DNA of 64,000 nt from Myxococcota bacterium (GTDB taxonomy: Bacteria; Myxococcota_A; UBA796; CAJQPC01), in the NCBI GenBank assembly GCA_036229005.1, contig JAZAMN010000018.1, positions 2,377 through 66,376 on the forward strand. Direction: 5' to 3'. The translations under genes were made by a program, and so were the position numbers. The notes below the pieces were generated by a model, which did not search any database, was not told the origin of the DNA, and was given only the letters and a program-made list of their open reading frames with translations. Of this stretch, positions 53,525 to 63,450 are shown one piece after another (within the stretch, counting starts at the first letter, position 1; each line of letters starts with the position of its first letter).

Positions 53525-55093
53525 TCAAGTCGTGATGATCGTCTCCATCGACGACCACCGCCGCCACAGCGTCTTGGTCATCTCGCCCTCGGCCGCCATG
53601 CGGACCGCCGTGGTCCCCAGCTTCACGAAGTTCGAGGCGTGGGCCATCTGGATCAGCGGCCAGGGGTGCTTGCGCAGGGTCTCGCTCTCCGAGAACTTCC
53701 GCAGCAGCGTCTTGGGGATGAAGGGCTTGGACTGCATCTGGATCAGGCTGATCCAGAAGGTGTCCTCGACCGGGCGCGGGTACTTGAGGTTGACCCGGTG
53801 CTGGTAGAAGACCCGGGTGTTGGTCCCCTCCACGTCGTACTTGGTGATGATCCCGTTATCCAGCAGCTTGTTGACCAGCTCGGAGCCCGGGAACACCGTC
53901 ATCGAGAACAGGTACAGGTCGTAGGGCGGCGGGAAGCTCTCCACCATCTCGAACAGCGCCTTCTTGTCGCCTTCCGTCGAGACCGGGTCGTCAAAGATGA
54001 GCTGGAAATGCGGCTTGATCCCCAGGCGGTGGTAGAGCTGCGCGATCTCCGCGATGCTCTTGTTCTTCACGCGCCGGTCGTACAGGTGCCCGGTCACGCG
54101 CTCGCTGGACTGGATGCCCATGTAGACGTGGATCAGCCCCGCGTCCCGCAGCATCGTCATGCGCTCTTCCGAGACCAGCTTGGGCTCGATGAAGATCTCG
54201 AAGGGCAGCCCCACCTCGCGCGGGTAGAGCTCGCAGAACTCCTCCAGCCAGCCCTTCTGGAAGTTGAACACCTCGTCGTCAAAGCGGATGCGCTTGAAGT
54301 CCCAGTGCTCCCGCGCCGCCTTGATCTCGTCCACCATCGACTGCGGGGAGCGCACGCGGAACCACTTCTGGCCCGGGTACACGTCCTTCTTGTACGTCGA
54401 GTTGTAGCAGTAGCTGCACTTGTAGACGCAGCCCCGGCTCCCCATCATCTGGAACACCGGGTCGCCGTGCATCGGGTCGCCCCACTCATAGAGCTTCCCG
54501 TAGATCAGCACCTTGTCGTCGTGGCTGGTGTAGTCGCGGAACTCCAGGGTGTCCAAGTCGGTCACCAGGGGCCGCAGCGGGTTGGTCTTGACCGCCCCAT
54601 CCGCGAGCTGCAGGTCCACGTTCTTGGTGTCCGAGATGTCGGTCCCATCGCGCAGGCGCTCGGCCAGATCCAGCACCGCCAGCTCGCCCTCGCCCTTGAG
54701 CACAAGGTCCGCGGTCTGGATGCACTCCGCAGGCTCCAGCGTGGGGTGCATGCCGCCCCAGAGCACCGGGACATCCAGCACCTCGTGCAGGTGCTCGGTC
54801 ATCAGCTTGGCGCTCATGTAGTACGCGCTGGCGCGGATGCTGATGCACACCAGATCCAGCTCACGCTCGCGGATCGTGCGCACCAGGTTCTCGTACTCCA
54901 GCGCGCTGGCGGGCTGGAGGTGGTTGGAGATCCAGTCCTTGAAGTAGATCTCCGTGACGTGGTGCCCGCTCTTGCGCAGCGTGGCCGCGAGCACGCGCAC
55001 CGCGTTGTTCTCCACGTCGTACATCGACACGATGCCCACGCGCACCGGGCGGCCCTGGGTCTGCTCGGTCAGTCGCTGGATTCGATGGTTCAT
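53525..55093 (-). CDS. B12-binding-domain radical SAM protein
   Basis: 522 aa. N-terminal Rossmann-like B12-type domain (VRVGIVSMYDVENNAVRVLAATLRKSGHHV). CX3CX2C cluster motif GSRGCVYKCSYCYN. Confidence 0.85.
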   Translation of the reverse strand: MNHRIQRLTEQTQGRPVRVGIVSMYDVENNAVRVLAATLRKSGHHVTEIYFKDWISNHLQPASALEYENLVRTIRERELDLVCISIRASAYYMSAKLMTEHLHEVLDVPVLWGGMHPTLEPAECIQTADLVLKGEGELAVLDLAERLRDGTDISDTKNVDLQLADGAVKTNPLRPLVTDLDTLEFRDYTSHDDKVLIYGKLYEWGDPMHGDPVFQMMGSRGCVYKCSYCYNSTYKKDVYPGQKWFRVRSPQSMVDEIKAAREHWDFKRIRFDDEVFNFQKGWLEEFCELYPREVGLPFEIFIEPKLVSEERMTMLRDAGLIHVYMGIQSSERVTGHLYDRRVKNKSIAEIAQLYHRLGIKPHFQLIFDDPVSTEGDKKALFEMVESFPPPYDLYLFSMTVFPGSELVNKLLDNGIITKYDVEGTNTRVFYQHRVNLKYPRPVEDTFWISLIQMQSKPFIPKTLLRKFSESETLRKHPWPLIQMAHASNFVKLGTTAVRMAAEGEMTKTLWRRWSSMETIITT

Positions 55094-55235
55094 CGCACAC
55101 CCTGCTGGCTTGGGGCTGGTCGGCGGGAGGCCGGGGGTCCTGGGGCTTTAGGGCCAGAGACGCCCAGTCTTGCACCCCCCACCATTGCAGATCCCGCATA
55201 GAGGGTCCACCCTGCACCCCGACAAGGAGCCCCGC

Positions 55236-56087
55236 ATGCACTGGACGCTGCTGCTGACCGCCCTGGCCCTGGGGGCCGTGGCCCAATCGGAGTGGGACGA
55301 CCTGCAGGGCCACACCGTGCGCCTGGAGTCCACCGAGGGCCGCCAGCTCACCGGCACCCTGCTCTCCCAGACCGACACCACCCTCCGCCTGCGCCGCAGC
55401 AGCGATGGCGCTCTGGTCGAGGTGCCCAAGGACCAGGTGTCCTCGGTGGTGGATCTCAGCCCCGCACCCGCGCAGGAGCCCCAGCAGGAGGAGGAGGTGG
55501 GGACCGCAGCCTCCACACACCCCGATCCACCTCCCCCGGATCCAGCCCCCTCCACCCCCTCGACCCCCGCGACCACCGGCGAGGACACGCTGGCGCAGAC
55601 CGCCCCACAGACCCCGCCCGAGCCCGCAAACCCGGTCGAGCAGCAGATCCAGGAGACCCTCAAGCCCGTCAAGGTCCCTGCCCAGAAGGAGGTCAGCTCC
55701 GAGCTGCTCTACCGCGACGGCTACACCGCCGGGCAGCTCCAGGCCGCCACGGAACGCACCTTCGCCCCGGCCGCGATCAGCGCCTGCGCCGTGGGAGGCG
55801 CCACCGCGCTGGGCTGCGTGTCCCCCATTCCGGCCCTGGGCTGCGTGCTCGGGCTGGGCACATTGGGGCTCCCGCCGGCCTGGTACGGCGTCGCCCAACC
55901 CCTGCTGGAGGAGCCCCGCGCGGTGGCCGCCCCCAGCGAAGAGCCCGCCCCCTACGCCGTCGGATATGCCCAGGGATACCTGGATGAAACCGGAAAGCGC
56001 AAGGCCCAGGCGGCCATGCTCGGGGGCACCGCCGGGCTGCTGGCCGGAGCCCTGGTGGGGATCAGCGTCGCCGCCACCTTGGAGTAG
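55236..56087 (+). CDS. secreted/membrane hypothetical protein
   Basis: ATG 55236 with AAGGAG SD. Signal peptide MHWTLLLTALALGAVAQS, small beta domain, Pro-rich linker, Gly/Ala-rich C-terminal hydrophobic segments. Confidence 0.6.
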   Translation: MHWTLLLTALALGAVAQSEWDDLQGHTVRLESTEGRQLTGTLLSQTDTTLRLRRSSDGALVEVPKDQVSSVVDLSPAPAQEPQQEEEVGTAASTHPDPPPPDPAPSTPSTPATTGEDTLAQTAPQTPPEPANPVEQQIQETLKPVKVPAQKEVSSELLYRDGYTAGQLQAATERTFAPAAISACAVGGATALGCVSPIPALGCVLGLGTLGLPPAWYGVAQPLLEEPRAVAAPSEEPAPYAVGYAQGYLDETGKRKAQAAMLGGTAGLLAGALVGISVAATLE

Positions 56088-56216
56088 CCAGATCCCAGCG
56101 CGGACCCCCATTGTGGACATCGGGGCTGGCCGTTCCGGTGCAACCACGCGATACTCGTGGACTCTTTGACCGAGGCGCCCAGGCGGCCCTCGCGCGCACG
56201 ACCAGCAGGAGAGCCA

Positions 56217-57617
56217 GTGAACAACGTCCATGATGGACCCGTCGTCATCGTCGGAGGTGGCGTCACCGGACTGGTGTCCGCCCAGCTCCTGCTGGAGGCC
56301 GGCTGCGAGGTCGTCGTCATCGAGCGCGAGCCCCTGGCCGGCGGCCTGGCCCGCTCCCACCGCTACGAGGGCGGGGACTGGACCTTCGACATCGGGCCCC
56401 ACCGCTTCCACACCGAGAACCCGAACATCAAGGCCTACCTGGACCGGGTGATCAAGGGCGAGTGCACGCTCTTCCCGCGCTGCTCCGAGGTCTACTTCCA
56501 GGGCAAGTACTACCGCTGGCCCCTGCACCCCAAGAACCTGCTGCAGCTCCCCAAGGACATGGCCGCCAAGGCTTTTGTCGATCTGGCGGTCAACAACTTC
56601 CGCACCTACGAGGTCGACACCTTCGAGCAGTACGTCCTGCGCCAGTACGGGCCCACGCTCTACAAGCACTTCTTTGGCGGCTACACCCAGAAGTTCCTGG
56701 GCCTGGACCCCGCGGAGACCCACCCCGACTGGGCCAAGGTGGGCCTGAACCGGGCGATCATCGACGACAAGATGCAGATGCAGAACCTCACGCAGCTGCT
56801 CAAGACCACCCTGACCCAGTTCAACAAGGCCGAGATCGACTTCCTGTACCCCGAGCGCGGGATGCAGCAGGCCTGGGAGAAGGTCTCCGCGATCATCGAG
56901 GGTCTGGGTGGCCGCATCATCACGGGCACACCGGCCCGCATGGAGGGTGGGAACGGACGCGTCGAGCGCATCTACGCCGGCGACGAGGTCTTCGAGCCCG
57001 CGGCCGTGATCTGGACCGCCCCCATCACCGTGGCGACCCGCCAGCTCCAGGTGCACACCCCCAACCTGCCCTACCTGGGCATGCTCACCTTCAACGTGCT
57101 CGCCCAGGCCGACCCGCCCCGCAAGTACCAGTGGTGCTACTACGGGGCCAGCGACCTGATCTTCTCGCGCACCAGCATCCCCAAGTACCTGAGCCCGGGG
57201 ACCGTCCCGGACAGCTCGGCGGTGGGCATCTGCTGCGAGGTCACCTGCATGCAGGGCGACGAGCGCTGGCAGCACGCCGAGCGCCTGACCGACTGGGTGG
57301 TGGACGACCTGATCAAGGTGGGCATGCTCAAGTCCCGCCGTCAGGTGCACGACGTGCACGTCGAGCGCACCCCCGAGAGCTACCCCATCTACCACAAGCA
57401 CTACCCGGCGGAGCTGGAGAAGGCCCGCAAGGGCTTGGCATCCTTCCAGAACCTCCACCTGGCCGGCCGCACCGGGCTGTTCTGGTACAACAACATGGAC
57501 CACTCCATCGAGAACGCCATGCAGCTCTGCAAGCGGCTGCTGCGGCAGGCGGGCCACGAGCACGTCGATGAGTCCAGCCTGGCGCAGGGCAAGCTGCTGG
57601 AAGACCGGGTGGCCTGA
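56217..57617 (+). CDS. FAD/NAD(P)-dependent oxidoreductase (amine oxidase/desaturase-like fold)
   Basis: GTG 56217 with AGGAGAG SD. VVIVGGGVTGLVSAQLLLEAGCEVVVIE dinucleotide-binding motif; about 466 aa. Confidence 0.8.
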   Translation: MNNVHDGPVVIVGGGVTGLVSAQLLLEAGCEVVVIEREPLAGGLARSHRYEGGDWTFDIGPHRFHTENPNIKAYLDRVIKGECTLFPRCSEVYFQGKYYRWPLHPKNLLQLPKDMAAKAFVDLAVNNFRTYEVDTFEQYVLRQYGPTLYKHFFGGYTQKFLGLDPAETHPDWAKVGLNRAIIDDKMQMQNLTQLLKTTLTQFNKAEIDFLYPERGMQQAWEKVSAIIEGLGGRIITGTPARMEGGNGRVERIYAGDEVFEPAAVIWTAPITVATRQLQVHTPNLPYLGMLTFNVLAQADPPRKYQWCYYGASDLIFSRTSIPKYLSPGTVPDSSAVGICCEVTCMQGDERWQHAERLTDWVVDDLIKVGMLKSRRQVHDVHVERTPESYPIYHKHYPAELEKARKGLASFQNLHLAGRTGLFWYNNMDHSIENAMQLCKRLLRQAGHEHVDESSLAQGKLLEDRVA

Positions 57618-58963
57618 TGACCGCTCCGCTCGAGGCATCGGACCTTCTGGCCGATCCGGCCGAGGTCCTGCACCGCCTCGCGGAGCAGCCTGGCTTTGCG
57701 CACTTCTCCGACCGCGCCCTCTGGGAGCTGGCCCGCCGCTTCACGCTGCGGAGCTGCTCCCCCGGGGAGCTCCTCTGCCGGGCCGGTCAGGTCGACGCGC
57801 ACTTCTACGTGCTGCTGGAGGGCACCCTGGTCCTCAGCCGCCCCAGCGGCCGCGAGCTCGGCGAGCTGGGCCCCGGCAGCATGGTGGGGGACCGCGGCCT
57901 GCTCGAGGGCCTCCCCCGCTCCACCGACGTGCGCTCCCGCTGCCACAGCCTGCTGCTGAGCCTGCAGACGGAGCAGTACCGCGACCTGATGCTGCACGCG
58001 CCCCAGCTCGCCGCGCAGCTCACCCAGACCATCACCAAGGTGGTCTTCAAGCGCTCCACGCGTCAGGACGAGGGCTCGCCGGGGGTGCTCGGCGGGCGCT
58101 ACCGCTGCCTGCGCAAGCTGGGTCAGGGCGGCATGGCCCAGGTCTGGCTGGCCCGCGACGAGAAGCTGGGCGTGGACCGGGCCATCAAGCTGCTGGCCCC
58201 CCGCCTGCACGCCCAGGAGGCCGCCCGCGAGCGCTTCGAGATCGAGGCCCGCACCATGGCCGCCCTGCGCCACCCCCACGTGGTCACCGTCCACGACGTG
58301 CACGTGGGCCCCGAGCACGCCTACATGGTGCAGGAGGTCGCCCCCGGTGGCAGCCTCGCCCAGCAGGTGCAGCGCCGCGGCCCCTTGGCACCCCGGCGCG
58401 CGGCCGAGGTGATCATCGCCGTCCTCCGGGCCCTGGAGGCGGCCCACCGTCAGCGCCTGGTGCACCGGGACGTCAAGCCCCACAACATCCTGTTCCGGCG
58501 GGACGGCACCCCCCTGCTCACCGACTTCGGCATCGCCCGCCTGCTGGACTGGGACTCGCCCCGGGCCCGCTCCCTGCCCCTGGCCGGCTCCGGGGGCTAC
58601 ATGGCGCCCGAGCAGCGCATGGACCCCAAGGGCGCAGGCACCCAGGCCGATCTCTACGGCGCCGGCGCCACCCTCTACGCCGCCCTCACCGGCCAGAGCC
58701 CCCCCGAGCTCTTCGCCCGCGAGGTCCAGCGCCGCCTGAGCGAGGAGCTCCCAGCCCCCCTGGCCCGCGTGCTGCACCTGTCCACCTGCTACCTGCCCCA
58801 GGAGCGCTACCGGGACGCCGCGACCATGCGCCGGGCCCTGGAGCGCGCCCTGCCCGAGCTGGGTGCGCAGGTCCTCGCCGGCGCCAAGAGCTCCCTGCCC
58901 GTGTCGCTCACCCAGGAGACCATGGAGGTGGGCGAGTGGGTGCACGCAGAGGACGACACCTGA
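57617..58963 (+). CDS. cyclic-nucleotide-binding domain fused to Ser/Thr protein kinase
   Basis: ATG overlaps the upstream TGA (TGATG). cNMP-binding pattern FYVLLEGTLVL...GELGPGSMVGDRGLL...RSTDVRS. Kinase HRDVKPHNILF, DFGIA, YMAPE. Confidence 0.9.
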   Translation: MTAPLEASDLLADPAEVLHRLAEQPGFAHFSDRALWELARRFTLRSCSPGELLCRAGQVDAHFYVLLEGTLVLSRPSGRELGELGPGSMVGDRGLLEGLPRSTDVRSRCHSLLLSLQTEQYRDLMLHAPQLAAQLTQTITKVVFKRSTRQDEGSPGVLGGRYRCLRKLGQGGMAQVWLARDEKLGVDRAIKLLAPRLHAQEAARERFEIEARTMAALRHPHVVTVHDVHVGPEHAYMVQEVAPGGSLAQQVQRRGPLAPRRAAEVIIAVLRALEAAHRQRLVHRDVKPHNILFRRDGTPLLTDFGIARLLDWDSPRARSLPLAGSGGYMAPEQRMDPKGAGTQADLYGAGATLYAALTGQSPPELFAREVQRRLSEELPAPLARVLHLSTCYLPQERYRDAATMRRALERALPELGAQVLAGAKSSLPVSLTQETMEVGEWVHAEDDT

Positions 58964-58995
58964 CCTCCCCCGGCCTTGAGGGTTAAGCGCGACGG

Positions 58996-60492
58996 ATGTC
59001 CTGGCAGCACATCGAGCGCATCCGCGACCGCCTGGCCGATGAGCAGGGTCCCCCCTTTGTGGAGGGCCCGCGCCGCGTCTGCCTGCTCTACCCCAGCCCC
59101 TACCGCGTGGGGATGTCGTCGCTGGGCTTCCAGTGGATCCACAACGTGCTGGCCGAAGCCGGCTTCTCGGTGGAGCGCGCCTTCCTGCCCGACGACCCAG
59201 AGGCCTGGCGCAAGAGCCGCACGCCGCTGCTGAGCTACGAGACCCAGACGCCCGTGTCGGACTTCCACGTCATCGGCGTCTCGGTGGCCTACGAGCTGGA
59301 GCTGGCCGGGCTGATCACCGCCCTGGAGCTGGCCGGGATCCACCCCCTGCGGGAGCAGCGGAGGGAAGACGATCCCTGGATCTTCATGGGGGGACCGCTC
59401 ACCTTCTCCAACCCCCTGCCCGCGGTCCCATTCGTCGACGCCATGCTGCTCGGCGAGGCAGAAGAGGCCGTGGTCCCCGCCGTGGACTCCGCGCTGTCCG
59501 ACACCCGCGAGACCTGGCTGGACACCATCGAGTCCCTGCCCGGGGGCTTCGTGCCGGAGCGCTGCGCGGACCCCTTCGGGCGCCCCGCGCTGCCCCCAGT
59601 CGCCAAGGCCTCCGACGCCCTGCTGCCCGCCCGCTCGCGCATCGTGACCCCCCACGCCGAGCTCTCCAACATGTTCCTGCTGGAGGGCGAGCGCGGCTGT
59701 CACCGCCAGTGCACCTTCTGCGTGATGCGGCGCTCCACCAACGGCGGCATGCGCCTGGTGACCCCCGACCGGGTGCTGTCCTTCGTGCCTGAGCACGCCC
59801 CCCGCGTGGGCCTGGTGGGCGCCGCCATCTCCGACCACCCCAAGCTGGTCGACGTGCTCCAGGCCCTGGTGGACGCCGGCAAGGGCATCGGCATCTCCTC
59901 GCTGCGGGCGGACCGGGTGGCGCGCCGTCCGGACATCGCGCGGCTGCTGCGCGAGGGCGGCTACAAGACCCTGACCGTCGCCAGTGACGCGGCCAGCCAG
60001 CGCCTGCGGCGCACCATCGCCAAGGGCACCGTCGAGCGGCACCTGCTGCACTGCGCCCAGCTCGCCTCCGAGCACCGCTACAAGGTCTTCAAGGTCTACA
60101 TGATGCTGGGCCTGCCCGACGAGCGGGACGAGGACCTGGACGAGCTGATCCGCTTCTCCACCGAGCTCGCGGCCATCCACCCCACGGCCCTGGGCATCGC
60201 GCCCTTTGTGCCCAAGTTCAACACCCCCATGATCGACGCCGGCTTCGCGGGCATCAAGGTCGTGGAGCGGCGGCTCAAGATCTTGAACAAGGCCCTGCGC
60301 GGCAAGGTCGACGTGCGCGCCACCAGCGCCCGCTGGGCCTGGGTCGAGGCCGTACTGGCCCAGGGCGGCGCCCAGGAGGGCCTGGCGGTCTACCGGGCCG
60401 TTCAAGGGGGCGGGCGCTTCGCCGACTACAAGCGGGCCTTCAAGGAGTCGGACGGGCGGGCGATGGCGGCGCTGGAGCGAGCGTCGGCCTGA
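58996..60492 (+). CDS. radical SAM protein (TIGR03960-like uncharacterised family)
   Basis: CLLYPSPYRVGMSSLGFQ N-terminal pattern. CX3CX2C motif GERGCHRQCTFCVM. 498 aa. Confidence 0.85.
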   Translation: MSWQHIERIRDRLADEQGPPFVEGPRRVCLLYPSPYRVGMSSLGFQWIHNVLAEAGFSVERAFLPDDPEAWRKSRTPLLSYETQTPVSDFHVIGVSVAYELELAGLITALELAGIHPLREQRREDDPWIFMGGPLTFSNPLPAVPFVDAMLLGEAEEAVVPAVDSALSDTRETWLDTIESLPGGFVPERCADPFGRPALPPVAKASDALLPARSRIVTPHAELSNMFLLEGERGCHRQCTFCVMRRSTNGGMRLVTPDRVLSFVPEHAPRVGLVGAAISDHPKLVDVLQALVDAGKGIGISSLRADRVARRPDIARLLREGGYKTLTVASDAASQRLRRTIAKGTVERHLLHCAQLASEHRYKVFKVYMMLGLPDERDEDLDELIRFSTELAAIHPTALGIAPFVPKFNTPMIDAGFAGIKVVERRLKILNKALRGKVDVRATSARWAWVEAVLAQGGAQEGLAVYRAVQGGGRFADYKRAFKESDGRAMAALERASA

Positions 60493-60497
60493 CACTG

Positions 60498-60705
60498 GCG
60501 CAACCCCGACTGAATGCACCCGCTGGCCGCGCAACCCCGACTGAGTGCCCCCCCTTGGCGCCTGTCCGGGCGCGATCCAGCCTCGCGATGGTGCATTCAC
60601 ATGGGGTTGCGCGCCGGCTCGGTGCACTCACAGGGGGTTGCGCGCCGGCTCGGTGCATTCACATGGGGTTGCGTCCTGCGTAGGTGCATTCGACTGGGGT
60701 TGGGG
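60498..60705. repeat. inverted array of about 23-nt units with 31-nt periodicity (2 + 4 copies)
   Basis: GCGCAACCCCGACTGA(A/G)TGC(A/C)CC at 60498-60520 and 60529-60551. Inverted copies GGTGCAYTCACAKGGGGTTGCG at 60590-60612, 60621-60643 and 60652-60673, plus a variant at 60683-60705. Confidence 0.85.
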
Positions 60706-60785
60706 GGCACCAGCCTGTCCTCGCCGGCACGCACAAGTCCAGAGATGCGCCATTGAGGTCCCCAGCCCGGGGGTTAGGAGTGGGC

Positions 60786-62219
60786 ATGTCTGGAGAGACC
60801 ATGTCCACCCCCTTCCCCTCCCTGGTGATCTCGGCCGACGGCTTCGAGGCGCAGGGCTCATTCGCCGAGAGCCAGGCCACCTTCCTGAACCCGGACCCCA
60901 AGGTGGTCTCCGACCTGCGGGGGCTGCTGGAGGCCAAGAACGCCGGCGTGGTCGCGCACTTCTACATGGACGCGGAGCTGCAGGGGGTGCTGACGGCCTG
61001 TGACTGGCCGCACATCTTCATCTCGGACTCGCTGGCGATGGCGGACGCGGCGGTGCGCATGGCGGAGGCCGGCGTGAAGGCGGTGTTCGTGCTGGGCGTG
61101 GACTTCATGTCCGAGAACGTGCGCGCCGTGATGGACCACGCGGGCTTCCCCGACGTGCCCGTGTACCGGCTGGCGACCGACGCGATCGGCTGCTCCCTGG
61201 CGGAGTCCGCGCAGGGCCCCGCGTACAAGGCCTGGCTGGAGAAGGCGGCTCAGGGCGACAACGCGCTGCACGTCATCTACATCAACACCGGGCTGGACGT
61301 GAAGGCGCGGGCGCACGCGGTGGTGCCGACCATCACCTGCACGTCGAGCAACGTGGTGCAGACCATCCTGCAGGCGGACAGCCAGATCCCCGGCCTGCGC
61401 GTGCACTACGGGCCGGACACCTACATGGGCGAGAACCTGCGGGTGCTCTTTGGGGCCCTGGCGCAGCAGTCCGACGCCGACATCGCCGCGCTGCACCCCG
61501 CCCACGACCAGGCCAGCGTGAAGGCGCTGCTGGAGCGGCTGGACGTCTTCCCCAACGGCAACTGCGTGGTGCACCACATGTTCGGGGACGCCGTCGCCAA
61601 GCAGGTCGAAGAGGACTACGGCGACTGCTACATCACCGCGCACCTGGAGGTCCCCGGGGAGATGTTCGCCATCGGGGCCAGGGCTCAAGCGGCTGGGACG
61701 GGGGTCGTCGGATCGACCTCCAACATCCTGGGATTCATCCGCACCAAGCTCAACGAGGCTCTGGGTGCAGACGAGCCCACCCGTCTGCGCTTCGTCCTGG
61801 GCACCGAGGCCGGCATGCTCACCGCCATCGTGAAGGCCGTGCGCTCGTTGCTCCAGGCCAGCGGACGCACGGATGTGGACGTCGAGATCATCTTCCCCGT
61901 CGCCCAGGAGGTCGCCGCACAGACCGACGTCGAGGGCCTGGGGATCCTGCCCGCGGTGGCCGGCGGCGAAGGCTGCAGCACGGCGGGCGGGTGCGCGAGC
62001 TGCCCCTTCATGAAGATGAACGAGCTGGAGGGGCTCTTCGAGCTGCTGGAGTCCCTGGGCGGCGACCGGGACCTGAGCGGCTACCACCCCAAGGTCTACA
62101 GCGAGCGCCTGGGCGACCGATCCCTGGCCGAGGTGGGCACCGAGCCCATCCTGCACATGCGGCACTTCCAGCGCAGCGGCGAGATGGCTGCCGCGCTGGT
62201 GGACGCCGTCACCGCGTAG
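60786..62219 (+). CDS. nadA: quinolinate synthase (long form)
   Basis: ATG 60786 inside ORF 60684..62219, preceded by AGGAG. VVAHFYMD, TCTSSNV, AHLEVPGEMF, VGSTSNIL and a C-terminal Cys-rich CSTAGGCASCPFMK. Confidence 0.9.
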   Translation: MSGETMSTPFPSLVISADGFEAQGSFAESQATFLNPDPKVVSDLRGLLEAKNAGVVAHFYMDAELQGVLTACDWPHIFISDSLAMADAAVRMAEAGVKAVFVLGVDFMSENVRAVMDHAGFPDVPVYRLATDAIGCSLAESAQGPAYKAWLEKAAQGDNALHVIYINTGLDVKARAHAVVPTITCTSSNVVQTILQADSQIPGLRVHYGPDTYMGENLRVLFGALAQQSDADIAALHPAHDQASVKALLERLDVFPNGNCVVHHMFGDAVAKQVEEDYGDCYITAHLEVPGEMFAIGARAQAAGTGVVGSTSNILGFIRTKLNEALGADEPTRLRFVLGTEAGMLTAIVKAVRSLLQASGRTDVDVEIIFPVAQEVAAQTDVEGLGILPAVAGGEGCSTAGGCASCPFMKMNELEGLFELLESLGGDRDLSGYHPKVYSERLGDRSLAEVGTEPILHMRHFQRSGEMAAALVDAVTA

Positions 62220-62275
62220 ACAGAGCCCGGCCCAGCGCCGGCTACACTGGAACCCTCAGAGCCAGGTTGGTGAGC

Positions 62276-63370
62276 ATGCCCGTCGACGTCGAACCGCAGC
62301 AGCAGCAGACCCAGGCTCCCAGGGCGCAGCAGCAGGCGCCGGCCGACCACCTCCAGGACCCGCTGGGGGAGCAGGCCGGCCTCAAGGACAGCCTGGAGAC
62401 CCAGGACCTGTCCGGCGCCCCCACCCAAGCCGAGCAGCTCCAGGTGGCCAAGCAGGGCTACGAGCAGGCGCTGGGGAGCCTGCTGGGCGGAGAGCTCTTC
62501 AAGGTGGTCTCCAAGGAGCTGTCCCGCTCCAAGCTCGAGGGCCTGGCCCAGGACGCGGTAGACGACGCCTTCTCCTCCGTGAGCGACTGGCTGGTGTCTC
62601 AGGTCGGGGCCTCGGAGCAGGCGATCGCCAAGCAGTTCACCGCCGCCCTCGAGAAGGCGCTGGCCCCCCGAGTCAAGGAGCTGCTCGCGGACTCCGGCGT
62701 CACCGACGCGATCTCGGACTACGCGGTGGACTCCCCCTACTCCATGCTGGCCGCGGCGCTGGCGGGGGCCGCCACCTACATCCTCAGCAACCAGGACCTC
62801 CCCACCCTCAAGCGGAAGCTGGGGCTGGGCGCCGGCCACACCCTGCTGGCCAAGTTGGACCTGGGCAGCACCCTGGACATCGCCATCCGCCAGGCCACGG
62901 CCAGCTACCAGTACAAGCGGGGCGGCACCTCGGCCGAGCTCAGCGGCAGCTACGCCCCCGAGGACCCGGCCACCAGCCTCCAGGGCGCGCTCAAGCACAG
63001 CGACGCGAGCGGGAGCTACGGCCTGCAGGGCAGCTACACCCACTCCGAGGGCAGCGAGGCCGCCGCGCTGGCCGCGACCTACAGCAACCAGGACCTCAGC
63101 GCGAAGCTCTTTGGCAAGCACACCCGAGAGGACGGCAAGAGCCTGGGCTCGGTGGGCGCCGAGCTCCGCGGAAAGTACGGCGCGGATGGCAACGCCAGCT
63201 ACTTCGCCACCGGGCAGTACAACTCCGACGACACCTGGAAGGCCAGCGCGGGCACCAGCTTCGGCGACGCGAGCGACGGCGGCGCCTGGAACCTGGAGGC
63301 CTTCGCCGAAGAGCGCGCCAACGCCAAGGACAACTGGGGCGCCAAGCTCATGTACCAGCTCCGCTTCTGA
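62276..63370 (+). CDS. hypothetical protein; Gln-rich N-terminus, beta-barrel-like C-terminal half ending in Phe
   Basis: ATG 62276 inside ORF 61991..63370. No signal peptide seen. The C-terminal half has alternating-pattern strands (SAELSGSYA, YGLQGSYTH, LAATYSN, YFATGQYN, AKLMYQLRF-stop). Confidence 0.6.
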   Translation: MPVDVEPQQQQTQAPRAQQQAPADHLQDPLGEQAGLKDSLETQDLSGAPTQAEQLQVAKQGYEQALGSLLGGELFKVVSKELSRSKLEGLAQDAVDDAFSSVSDWLVSQVGASEQAIAKQFTAALEKALAPRVKELLADSGVTDAISDYAVDSPYSMLAAALAGAATYILSNQDLPTLKRKLGLGAGHTLLAKLDLGSTLDIAIRQATASYQYKRGGTSAELSGSYAPEDPATSLQGALKHSDASGSYGLQGSYTHSEGSEAAALAATYSNQDLSAKLFGKHTREDGKSLGSVGAELRGKYGADGNASYFATGQYNSDDTWKASAGTSFGDASDGGAWNLEAFAEERANAKDNWGAKLMYQLRF

Positions 63371-63450
63371 GCGCCGACGACGGGGCTGCCTGAAGCTGTC
63401 ACAGCATGCCGGTCGCCCCCGGGCTACCCTGGAATCCCCAAGGAGTGCCC

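Noticed and set aside
60514-61003. ORFs 60514..60756 and 60545..61003 over the repeat array
   Set aside because: Their translations are repeat-driven (the same peptide segments recur with the 31-nt units) and overlap the nadA start region. They are not credible genes.
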